NCBI RefSeq assembly: GCF_000179635.2
Contig: NC_014825.1
Location: 30,001 to 62,000 of the forward strand
Direction: 5' to 3'
DNA: 32,000 bases
Source: Ruminococcus albus 7 = DSM 20455
GTDB lineage: Bacteria > Bacillota > Clostridia > Oscillospirales > Ruminococcaceae
The translations under genes and the position numbers were made by a program. The notes below the pieces were generated by a model. The model saw only the letters and a program-made list of their open reading frames with translations, had not been told where the DNA came from and did no database searches. This document shows positions 16,493-24,820 of this stretch, one piece after another (position 1 is the stretch's first letter; every line of letters begins with the position of its first letter).

Positions 16493-19400
16493 TATTCTCC
16501 CTCCCCATTTTCACTCATTATCTCCTCAAGGATCTCTGTCATCTGTTCCTTGCTGCCCTTTCTCGGCTCATCAGGAAATGCCCTGCCGCATATTCCGCCA
16601 AAGCCGCAGTATGAGCATATATTTTCCAGCGGATCCGCATTGATATCACCCTCCAGCAGACGATCACCGTATTCTATTACCTTGCGTTTTGCGAATATCC
16701 TCATCGCCGTGAACATGGCATCGCTCATGGTCAGATTTGTAAGTGCCGTCTTGCCGATAGTAGAATCCAGTTTCTCATTGACAGCGCCGCCGTCTGATAT
16801 CCTGCCTTTGCGTGAAAATGCATCTATGGCAGATTCACAGGCAGCACTGTAAAGTATATCCTCCGAAAGCTCACAGTCATCGGAAAACTTCGCAGCATCA
16901 CCTATCAGTTTAAGGTAGAACACACCTGCCTGTTCAAGCTCCATATCGGGATTAACAGGATTTCCTGTTTCAAGCAGTACCGAAAGATATATCAGCATCT
17001 GAAGGTTCAGTCCGCAGTAAAGCTCCCCCAGATCAAAATTCGCCTGTCTTCGGAATTTATAGTCAACGATACGCACAAAACGTCTGCCGTTCTCGTCCTC
17101 ATATATATCAGCACGGTCTATAGTGCCGATAAGTACTATATGTCTTCCGTCCTTCAGCGTAAGATCAAGATGATCCGCGCCGTTTTCCTTGGTCAGCCTG
17201 TACTCCGTTACCGCAGGAGCAAAGCTGCCGTTTGAAAGTTCGCGCTGAACATACTTAACTATATTGAACGCCTGCTGTTTCATATTCTCGAAACGGTAGA
17301 TGAAGGTCTTGCTCTTACCGAAATCGCCGCAGAAAACATCATTGTAATACTTTGTGAAGGATCCCTCTATAAGCTCTGTTATCTGCTCCTCTGTCATATT
17401 CAGGAAATGCTCACGGTTCCCTTCAGGTGTCCTGTCCTGCGAACCTATCGCCTTTTCCAGTACCTCATGTATCATCAGACCCTTGTTGAGCCCGTCCATA
17501 TCCATTTTCTGCGAACGTGACAGACGAAGCCCATAGTTGCAGAAGTACATAAAAGGACATTTGAAATAGTTATCCAGTTTTGTAGGAGATACCTCTGCCG
17601 TTTCCGATGCAAAGAATACTTCCTTTGCACACGACTCCGAAAGCCTGAATGGTTTATCTCTGCCAGCTTCATCCAGCGCTCTCAGTTTGTCATGGTAGTA
17701 AGCTGAACCCATAAGAGAATCCCTTATACTGCTTACCGATACTGTGTTGTCCCGTGAATGCTCTATGTATACCGAATATGCGGATTTATATGAAGTGCAG
17801 AAACGATCGGGCGGCAGCGTATTGATATTCATCACATCGATCCCCAGTATACCGCGAACCTCCTTTACAAGCGCCGAAGGACGCTTCTCACTGCCAAGAA
17901 GATCTGAACGTGAATACAGAACATACAGCTTATCCGTTGGGGTACATAGTGCCGTATAAGCAGCAAGCTTTTCACGTTTCAGCGAATTCAGCGCATTATC
18001 AGTGATATCAATATCCTCTTTAAGCCTTAAAAGTTCCTTTTCATGCTCATTTAGCAGTCCCCTGCTCCTTACAGCCGCTGGGAATATACCTTCATTGACC
18101 TCCGCTGCAAAAAGTACCTTAACTCCGCCAAATCTTGAATGAGCAGCATCGACGATACGAACGCAGTCCAGCTTCTGCGGAGGCTCTGATACCTTCATCT
18201 GCGACAGCATAAGGCTGTACAGATCGTAATAGCTTCGCATGGTGATCTTTTCATCGCCAAGCAGCTCATATATTGATCTGACAGCTGAAAGACTCATTGT
18301 CCACAGCTGTTTGAGTCCGCGTGACATCTCAGTTTCGGTGTCATTGTCCGAGGTGCTTACACGCTTTACCAGTGAATAAGTCTGCCCGGAAAGATCAAGA
18401 TCATCAAGCAGCTGATAAAAAGCTCTTGATATCTGCGCTGCCGACGCGCCTGTACACGCTTCCTTGAAGCTTACCAAAGGTGTGATGACACGCTTTCTCA
18501 GCTCGTTGATACGCCCAAGGTCAATACCGCTGTCAGGTGCAGCTGTGAAATCCTCATTCCACATATCGCCGTCAACTCCCCAGCGTACACAGTAATCTTC
18601 CAGATCGCTTATCTCGTAATTAAGTATACCGTACAGCGGTGATTTTATAAGTTTGATGATATTGTCTGTCTTGAATTTTCTGGTAAGCACAGTCCTGAAT
18701 ATAGTGTTTATGTAATGCACTATCGCGGAAGCATCAACGCTGTCACGTTTATCAAGGAAGAAGGGTATATCATACCTTTCCATCACACCTGATATGACCG
18801 CACCAAAGCTCTCGATATCACGAACAGTAACAGCTATATCATTGAAGGTATATCCGTCCTCGCGCACCAGCCTGCATATCTCGGCACAGATATAGTCAGC
18901 CTCTTCATAAACATCATCAGCAGCAAGCACCTTCACGCTGTCCCCTGCCGCCTTGTACTCCGGCTTGTTATAATCGAACAGATGCTCACTCAGCTGCCTT
19001 ATATCAGGGTGACAGCAGTTGATATCCTCTGCACGTATCTCTTTCAGAGGCTGATCGTGAAGCTTAGTCATATCCCTTATGCACTGCCTCGCTGCAAGCG
19101 TTATATCGAATGGGTGGGTATGGCATCTGCTTACAAAGCTGTCATCTATAAGCAGCGATACCGTAAGGGATCTGCCCTTTATTATACACTGCTCCAGCAT
19201 TCTTTTTTCATCATAGGAAAAATCAGCAAAAGCCGATACGAAAACACTTCTGCCGTCAAAAACATCACATTTTGCCGAAAGCTCCGCAGCCTCCTCCATA
19301 ACCGACAGCTTATCGTTCATATTGGCTTTTTCAAGCTCAAAGATATAGTTCTCGTATATAGCCCCAAGGTCTGCTAGCTTCATAGCAACAGAACCCTCCA

Positions 19401-19833
19401 GCTTAGCAGCAGCCATCTGAAGTGCCTGAGGTGTTATGCCGCTCTGACGCAGGCGAGGCAGAAGATCTGTCAGCTCTCCTATAAATGATGCCTTGCCTGT
19501 ACTGTTTTTATAGAATCTGATCCTTCCGTCCTTTACAGCTTTTTTTACCGCAAGGAACATGAGTATCATACAGGCATTGGTGTTGGCACTGTCCTTAGCC
19601 TTACTGCCGTACCGCGCTGATATATACTCTGCCAGATGCTGGAATCCCGTAGTTTCGATGCTGTTGAAGATCCTGGCACCAAGGGCTTCATAGAGGGTCT
19701 TGTCATATTCAAAGGAGAACTGATCGGGCACTATGACAAGTACCCTCTCGCCTGCAAGCGCAGCATCGCATATCCGTTTTATAAAAAGGCTCTCGCGGTC
19801 ACTGCACACGCCGCCTGTAATGATCTCGGTCAT
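16492..19833 (-). CDS. addB: ATP-dependent helicase/deoxyribonuclease subunit B
   Basis: Size and position upstream of addA. C-terminal nuclease domain with AddB-type Fe-S cysteines (CPFMYFC ... CSYCGFGGIC) and a DYK motif. SD GGGAGG (rc of 19841-19846) lies 7 nt before the ATG at 19833, and the ORF-track TTG at 19848 sits inside that SD. Confidence 0.9.
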   Translation of the reverse strand: MTEIITGGVCSDRESLFIKRICDAALAGERVLVIVPDQFSFEYDKTLYEALGARIFNSIETTGFQHLAEYISARYGSKAKDSANTNACMILMFLAVKKAVKDGRIRFYKNSTGKASFIGELTDLLPRLRQSGITPQALQMAAAKLEGSVAMKLADLGAIYENYIFELEKANMNDKLSVMEEAAELSAKCDVFDGRSVFVSAFADFSYDEKRMLEQCIIKGRSLTVSLLIDDSFVSRCHTHPFDITLAARQCIRDMTKLHDQPLKEIRAEDINCCHPDIRQLSEHLFDYNKPEYKAAGDSVKVLAADDVYEEADYICAEICRLVREDGYTFNDIAVTVRDIESFGAVISGVMERYDIPFFLDKRDSVDASAIVHYINTIFRTVLTRKFKTDNIIKLIKSPLYGILNYEISDLEDYCVRWGVDGDMWNEDFTAAPDSGIDLGRINELRKRVITPLVSFKEACTGASAAQISRAFYQLLDDLDLSGQTYSLVKRVSTSDNDTETEMSRGLKQLWTMSLSAVRSIYELLGDEKITMRSYYDLYSLMLSQMKVSEPPQKLDCVRIVDAAHSRFGGVKVLFAAEVNEGIFPAAVRSRGLLNEHEKELLRLKEDIDITDNALNSLKREKLAAYTALCTPTDKLYVLYSRSDLLGSEKRPSALVKEVRGILGIDVMNINTLPPDRFCTSYKSAYSVYIEHSRDNTVSVSSIRDSLMGSAYYHDKLRALDEAGRDKPFRLSESCAKEVFFASETAEVSPTKLDNYFKCPFMYFCNYGLRLSRSQKMDMDGLNKGLMIHEVLEKAIGSQDRTPEGNREHFLNMTEEQITELIEGSFTKYYNDVFCGDFGKSKTFIYRFENMKQQAFNIVKYVQRELSNGSFAPAVTEYRLTKENGADHLDLTLKDGRHIVLIGTIDRADIYEDENGRRFVRIVDYKFRRQANFDLGELYCGLNLQMLIYLSVLLETGNPVNPDMELEQAGVFYLKLIGDAAKFSDDCELSEDILYSAACESAIDAFSRKGRISDGGAVNEKLDSTIGKTALTNLTMSDAMFTAMRIFAKRKVIEYGDRLLEGDINADPLENICSYCGFGGICGRAFPDEPRKGSKEQMTEILEEIMSENGEGE

Positions 19834-19866
19834 AATTATTCCTCCCAATAGGTTATAGACATTTAC

Positions 19867-19895
19867 AGTATACCACTGCGGGAGATTTTTGTCAA
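19867..19895 (-). promoter_or_regulatory. candidate sigma-A promoter of addB-addA
   Basis: Minus strand reads TTGACA (19895-19890), a 17-nt spacer ending in TGG, then TATACT (19872-19867). Confidence 0.65.
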
Positions 19896-19919
19896 ATCGA
19901 AGATGTACAATTTTTAGTA

Positions 19920-20144
19920 CTATTCTATCAATTCCATTATAAACTCGGCTATCCTGAAAGATATCTCGATCTCGCCCTCGCCATTTATCACTGTCAGCTC
20001 CCCGATCTTCGTCTTTTCCTCTTCAAAATGAACAGCCTGCGCCGGGAAAAACGCATTCTCCATGAAGCGGATATTTCTTCCGCTGCCGAATGCGAATATG
20101 AATGCCGATACAGCCGCGATGTAAAGTCTTGAACCTGTTGTCAT
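19920..20144 (-). CDS. hypothetical small protein with an N-terminal hydrophobic segment
   Basis: 74 codons. SD GGGAGG lies 7 nt before the ATG at 20144, but that SD forms the 3' arm of the metH terminator hairpin. I recognise no family. Confidence 0.4.
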   Translation of the reverse strand: MTTGSRLYIAAVSAFIFAFGSGRNIRFMENAFFPAQAVHFEEEKTKIGELTVINGEGEIEISFRIAEFIMELIE

Positions 20145-20187
20145 AAAAATACCTCCCATAATAAGCTTTCAAACTTATCATGGGAGG
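20143..20187 (-). terminator. intrinsic terminator after metH that sequesters the SD of the next ORF
   Basis: Minus-strand RNA folds as CCTCCCATGATAAG-TTTGAAAG-CTTATTATGGGAGG, 14 bp including one G-U, followed by TATTTTTAT. Confidence 0.7.
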
Positions 20188-20206
20188 ATAAAATATATTT
20201 ATTCAG

Positions 20207-22573
20207 CTAGTTACCGAAAACCTGCCTTGCAATATCAACAGACTGCTTAGCATCCTTCGAGTAGAAATCAGCTCCTATCTGCTCGGCATAATCGGGAGTT
20301 ACCACCGCACCGCCGACCATTATCTTGCAGTCAACATTGTTGGCACGCAGAAGCTTTATAGTTTCTTCCATGCTGACAAGAGTAGTAGTCATCAGCGCTG
20401 AAAGTCCCACCAGATGAACATCGTTCTCGATAGCCGCATCGACAACCGTCTGATAGTCAACATCCTTGCCAAGGTCAATGACCTCGTAGCCGTAGTTCTC
20501 CAGCAGTACCTTTACTATATTCTTGCCGATATCGTGTATATCACCCTTTACCGTCGCAAGGATTATCTTGCCTTTTGATACGCTGTTGCCGCCCTCTGCA
20601 AGCATCTTCTGCTTAATTACTTCAAAGCAAGCCTGTGCCACGCCTGCCGTCTGTATCAGCTGTGGCAGGAATATCTTGCCCTTTTCAAACTGCTCGCCTG
20701 CCTTATCCAGCGCAGGGACAAGCATCTCATTGATTATAACCATGGAATCCGTAGTTTCCAGCAGCTTTGCAGTTATCTCTGCACCCTCGCCTTTAAGACC
20801 ATGCTCAATAGCATAAGGCAAGTCCATATCGGATTTCTTCTCAGCCTTTGGTGCGGGAGAAGAAGTATCAGCACCATAGTGGGCTATAAAGTCCATGGAG
20901 TTCTTATCAATATTTGTAAGCAGCTTGTAAGTCCTTACAGTCGCCGTCATAGAATCTATATTCGGGTTCATTATAGGCAGGTCAAGACCGCTTGTCAGGC
21001 ACATCATCAGGAAGTTGTGGTTGACTATCTCTCTGCTTGGCAGACCAAAGCTTATGTTGGATACACCGAGAACAGTGCGCAGACCCAGTTCTTCTTTTAC
21101 ACGGCGTACAGCGTTGACCGTCTGCATAACGTTCTCCTGTTCCGCAGAAGCTGTCAGCGTAAGGCAGTCGATATAAACGTCCTCTTTGCGTATGCCTATC
21201 GCCATGGCGCGGTCGAGTATCTTCTTTGCCAGTGCAAAACGCGCGTCAGCGGTCTTTGGTATGCCGTTTTCGTCAAGGGTAAGACCCACCACAGCGGCAC
21301 CGTATTTCTTTACCAGAGGAAGTACCGTTTCAAGGGACTTTTCCTCCGCGTTCACAGAGTTTACTATGGGCTTGCCGTTGTATACCCTAAGTGCCGCTTC
21401 CATAACTTCGGGTATGGTGGAATCAAGCTGTAACGGTACATCACAAACACCCTGCAAAGCCTTTACTGCTTTCACCATCATAGCCTTTTCGTCAATGGCG
21501 GGAAGTCCCACATTAACATCAAGGATATCCGCACCTGCGTCTATCTGTTCCATAGCCTGACCGAGGATGTAATCTATATCATCCTCCAGCAGAGCTTGCT
21601 TGAAACGCTTTTTACCTGTGGGATTTATCCTCTCACCGATGATTCGGGGCTGATCGATAACAACAGTTTCGGTAGGTGAACAGCACACAGCAGGGATATG
21701 AGCTTCCCTCTCGACGTACTTTTTGCCTTCCAGCATCTTTTTCAGCGCCGCAATATAAGATGGATCAGTACCACAGCAGCCGCCTATTACCTTGATGCCA
21801 AGAGGTATCAGCTTCTCTGCGAAATCAGCAAAATCCTCGGCAGAACAGTTGTATTCATTGGTAACAGGATCGGGCAGACCTGCATTTGGCTTGACCACAA
21901 CAGGAAGTGTTGTCCACTGACATATCTTCTCAACAACAGGATAAAGCTCCTTAGGTCCCAGAGAACAGTTTACACCAAGAGCATCAACACCAAGACCCTC
22001 AGCAGTAAGGCACATGGCACTTATGTCTACGCCCGTAAAGGTACGCATATTTTCCTCGAAAGTCATGGTACACATTATGGGCAGGTCACTGTTTTCCTTA
22101 GCCGCAAGGATAGCCGCTTTCAGCTCGTAAAGATCAGTCATGGTCTCAAACACGATAACATCGGCTTCTCTGCCTGCGATGACCATTTCCTTGAAGATAT
22201 CATAAGCCTCCTCAAAAGTAAGCGTGCCCGTAGGTTCAAGCATAACACCGATAGAACCGATATCCAGTGCCACAAGGGTGTCATGACCCTCAGCCGCCTT
22301 ACGTGCAAGACGTATGCCCTCACCTATCAGCGTTTCAACAGAATATCCGCATTTAGCAAGCTTGTGCCTGTTTCCGCCGAAAGTATTCGCGTAGATAATA
22401 TCCGAACCGGCCTCAATGTACTGCCTGTGTATATCCAGCAGCCATTCCGGCTTTTCTATATTCATTACCTCGGGCGTTTCGCCCATTTTAAGCCCCTTTG
22501 CCTGGAGCATGGTGCCCATAGCACCGTCAAGTATCACAAATTCCTTATTATTCAGCAGTTCCCTGAATCCCAC
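20207..22573 (-). CDS. metH: cobalamin-dependent methionine synthase core (Hcy-, pterin- and B12-binding modules, no activation domain)
   Basis: ILDGAMGTMLQ (Hcy S-methyltransferase domain), a pterin-binding region, and the B12-binding DxHxxG motif (GDIHDIGKN). SD GGGGAG lies 6 nt before the GTG at 22573; the ORF-track ATG at 22606 has no SD. Confidence 0.88.
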   Translation of the reverse strand: MGFRELLNNKEFVILDGAMGTMLQAKGLKMGETPEVMNIEKPEWLLDIHRQYIEAGSDIIYANTFGGNRHKLAKCGYSVETLIGEGIRLARKAAEGHDTLVALDIGSIGVMLEPTGTLTFEEAYDIFKEMVIAGREADVIVFETMTDLYELKAAILAAKENSDLPIMCTMTFEENMRTFTGVDISAMCLTAEGLGVDALGVNCSLGPKELYPVVEKICQWTTLPVVVKPNAGLPDPVTNEYNCSAEDFADFAEKLIPLGIKVIGGCCGTDPSYIAALKKMLEGKKYVEREAHIPAVCCSPTETVVIDQPRIIGERINPTGKKRFKQALLEDDIDYILGQAMEQIDAGADILDVNVGLPAIDEKAMMVKAVKALQGVCDVPLQLDSTIPEVMEAALRVYNGKPIVNSVNAEEKSLETVLPLVKKYGAAVVGLTLDENGIPKTADARFALAKKILDRAMAIGIRKEDVYIDCLTLTASAEQENVMQTVNAVRRVKEELGLRTVLGVSNISFGLPSREIVNHNFLMMCLTSGLDLPIMNPNIDSMTATVRTYKLLTNIDKNSMDFIAHYGADTSSPAPKAEKKSDMDLPYAIEHGLKGEGAEITAKLLETTDSMVIINEMLVPALDKAGEQFEKGKIFLPQLIQTAGVAQACFEVIKQKMLAEGGNSVSKGKIILATVKGDIHDIGKNIVKVLLENYGYEVIDLGKDVDYQTVVDAAIENDVHLVGLSALMTTTLVSMEETIKLLRANNVDCKIMVGGAVVTPDYAEQIGADFYSKDAKQSVDIARQVFGN

Positions 22574-23267
22574 AATGATCTCCCCTTTTTCTGAACTGAC
22601 ATACATCCTTCATATTGCAGGCAGAACATCCGCGTCTGCCTTTGGGTATCTCACTTTCGCTCAGTCCTATCACAGCCGTGACAGACTTCCTCGGAGTGAG
22701 GATATTGCTTTCTGTCGCATTCAGTCCTATACGCTTCTGCGCCTGTAACACATCAAGAAAGCTGCCTTGAATATCCAGCGGCAGGTCACCGTAACCCGGA
22801 GAGAATCTCCATGTACGATAATACGACGAAAACTCATCGCCTATGGCATTTTCTGCAGTATCACAAACCTGCTCCACAGCAGCGCTGGCAAGAAAATCAG
22901 CCATTACAGCGTGTGTCATATCGGTGGCTTCATATCGTCGAATCACCCTGTCCGCGTGTGCCGAGAGCGTAGCCGCCATCAGCACTGCCTTGCAGCACCC
23001 CGCAAGGTGCTCCTTTATCGAATCGCCCTTCAACACCAGTGAAGTACCGCACACAGCAACTCCGCCGCTTACAGGCTCAATATCGAATACATGGTAGATA
23101 CAGCACGGTTTTATCACCGACAGCAGTGCCTTTTCACATTCGTCCATCATCCCGATGATACTGTCATCAGGAGTACTGCTGCCATAGCCAAGATAGCGCA
23201 GTGCCTCTTTTTTATCGAGGTATTCTAGTTTTACTTGAATATGACCGTTCAATCTTATATCCCCCAT
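22548..23267 (-). CDS. methionine synthase activation (SAM-binding/reactivation) domain protein
   Basis: EALRYLGY near the N-terminus, then RFSPGYGDLPL, which is characteristic of stand-alone MetH activation-domain proteins of Clostridia. Cys-rich tail CSACNMKDVCQFRKRGDHC. An alternative start is the TTG at 23252, preceded by GGGGGA. Confidence 0.78.
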   Translation of the reverse strand: MGDIRLNGHIQVKLEYLDKKEALRYLGYGSSTPDDSIIGMMDECEKALLSVIKPCCIYHVFDIEPVSGGVAVCGTSLVLKGDSIKEHLAGCCKAVLMAATLSAHADRVIRRYEATDMTHAVMADFLASAAVEQVCDTAENAIGDEFSSYYRTWRFSPGYGDLPLDIQGSFLDVLQAQKRIGLNATESNILTPRKSVTAVIGLSESEIPKGRRGCSACNMKDVCQFRKRGDHCGIQGTAE

Positions 23268-23286
23268 GCATAATTGTCATTGTTCC

Positions 23287-23315
23287 ATTATAGCATAAAA
23301 ACGGCTCAAAGTCCA
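23287..23315 (-). promoter_or_regulatory. candidate promoter of the split metH operon
   Basis: Minus strand reads TGGACT (23315-23310), a 17-nt spacer ending in TGC, then TATAAT (23292-23287). It gives a very short leader with no riboswitch-like sequence. Confidence 0.5.
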
Positions 23316-23604
23316 GCGCATTATATGAACTTTTTCGTTTTATATGCTTTTTCTTTCGGTATTACGGCTTTTGTGAAACTTCCGTGAAATCATATAATTG
23401 ACTTCTCCCAGAAATTTCTACCTTTTTTTACCAAAATCGCTCTTTTTCGATTCTTTCTATTTCGTCCTCGGTTTTGTCACAGTATATTATATAATTACAC
23501 GGCTGCGGGCTGTGACTTGTCCGCAGAGGTATCTTTCTTCTTTTTTTCTGCTGTTTGACTTCTTGGGTGCTTCTTCCGGTTTTGGTGTTCCAGTCTCTTT
23601 TCCT

Positions 23605-24263
23605 TTATTGTAGCTGCAACAGCCCCTTCTTTCTTTTCAGAAAGATCTGCACCATATACCCGATATTTGCGAACAGTACCATAACAGACAGATATTGAAG
23701 CGCAGTCAGCACAGCTGAAGCGTTTGTGTCGATGAATACAAATTTGCACTTTTCCAAACAGATAGTCCGTAAATTTCAGCGAGATAAACTCATATATCCC
23801 AACTGCACCGACCACACCGAAAATGATTCGCAAAGCCCATACCATAGCCTTGTTTTTCAGCTTTATTCGTGCCGCCATCTGCGAAATATGCATTCCAAGA
23901 TAAACGCTCATCAGCGCAAGTCCCCAATAGGCACAGAGTATATGCACTGTTCTGGCGAACATCGAACCGCCGATATATACAAAGGTAAAAACGTGCTTTG
24001 AGATCACAATACCGCTGTACATCAGTCCTATCATACACAGGAATATAAGCGCATTGACGACAGTATTCACACTTCGGCGCAGATCATACTTGCCTTTGAA
24101 CAGCGTTTTTATCCAGCCGAAATTCAGGATATGATGTAAAATGAACAGACAGAACATAGCGATTCCGATCACTTCATGTGCCGTTTCCCCGACAATAGAA
24201 TAGCACATGAGTACTGGCAGAGCCGCTATCATCAGAATGTCAGCGGCTGATTTTTATCTTCAT
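23605..24263 (-). pseudogene. DUF4405-type membrane protein (cytochrome b-like, His-rich) disrupted by two frameshifts
   Basis: The core reads GETAHEVIGIAMFCLFILHHILNFGW. Removing one A from the A5 run (rc of 24251-24255) joins the ATG at 24263 (MKIKSAADILM...) to the main frame. Removing one A from the A4 run (rc of 23750-23753) restores a hydrophobic C-terminus (FGKCKFVFIDTNASAVLTALQYLSVMVLFANIGYMVQIFLKRKK...) ending at 23605, instead of the charged tail in the ORF track. Confidence 0.65.
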
Positions 24264-24270
24264 TTTAATA

Positions 24271-24543
24271 TCAGAATCCCAAACCGTCAAGCCAGTCACG
24301 GACAGCCTGCTGTGTATCGGAACTGAACTCCTGCGCTGTCTTGCCCTGTATATCCATACCGTCGAGCACCTGTGCATTCGGCAGATAGCTTCTGATCGCA
24401 GAGTACGTTCCCGATTCGCCGCTACCTTCGTGGGTGTTGAACGGGATAACCACCTTGTCGGGGAAATCGTAGCTGTCCATAAAGGTATAGACTGCCATAG
24501 GCATATCGCCCCACCATATCGGGTAACGGTCTTGGCAGAATAG
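24271..24543 (-). pseudogene. flavodoxin-family gene, C-terminal fragment only
   Basis: The open frame YPIWWGDMPMAVYTFMDSYDFPDKVVIPFNTHEGSGESG matches the C-terminal half of flavodoxin-like proteins. An in-frame TAA at 24544-24546 precedes it and no N-terminal half lies upstream. The fragment ends 7 nt before the DUF4405 ATG. Confidence 0.65.
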
Positions 24544-24566
24544 TTACTTATTTTGTGAAACAGGCA

Positions 24567-24610
24567 GAAAAATATAAAAATACAGGACAGGGATAAACTC
24601 CTTGTCCTGT
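24567..24610 (-). terminator. intrinsic terminator downstream of the sigma-factor gene
   Basis: Stem 24582-24592 / 24600-24610, followed on the minus strand by ATTTTTATATTTTTC. Confidence 0.65.
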
Positions 24611-24820
24611 CACTATGTATAAACTTCTCAAGATATCAGGTCTTAATAATACTCACGGAATAAAATATATGAGTGAAGAGATCTTCGATGTTCAGCCAAA
24701 CTGTATGAGCAATGCTGCCTGCATCTGAAAATCCTCCCTTGCCTTCGTAAACATCACCCCGATAAGCTTTGCAAGCGCATAATGCGGCATACCAGCTCAA
24801 AACAGGCATGCCGCAAACTG

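Noticed and set aside
22548-22606. The ORF-track start codons at 654, 3392, 8177, 19848, 20159, 22606, 28116, 28781 and 29891.
   Set aside because: In each case the upstream-most start lies inside or directly against the SD, or has no SD, while a downstream in-frame ATG/GTG has a well-spaced SD. I adjusted the coordinates in the features accordingly.
23268-23610. I expected an S-box (SAM), T-box or cobalamin riboswitch upstream of the methionine synthase operon.
   Set aside because: Reading the minus strand, I found none of the conserved cores. Only a promoter-like TGGACT-17-TGCTATAAT is present. This needs cmscan to be certain.
23750-23753. The DUF4405 frameshifts could simply be homopolymer sequencing errors.
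   Set aside because: I have not fully rejected this. It is disfavoured because more than 12 kb of neighbouring long ORFs contain many A/T runs yet are intact, and because the adjacent flavodoxin gene is independently truncated.
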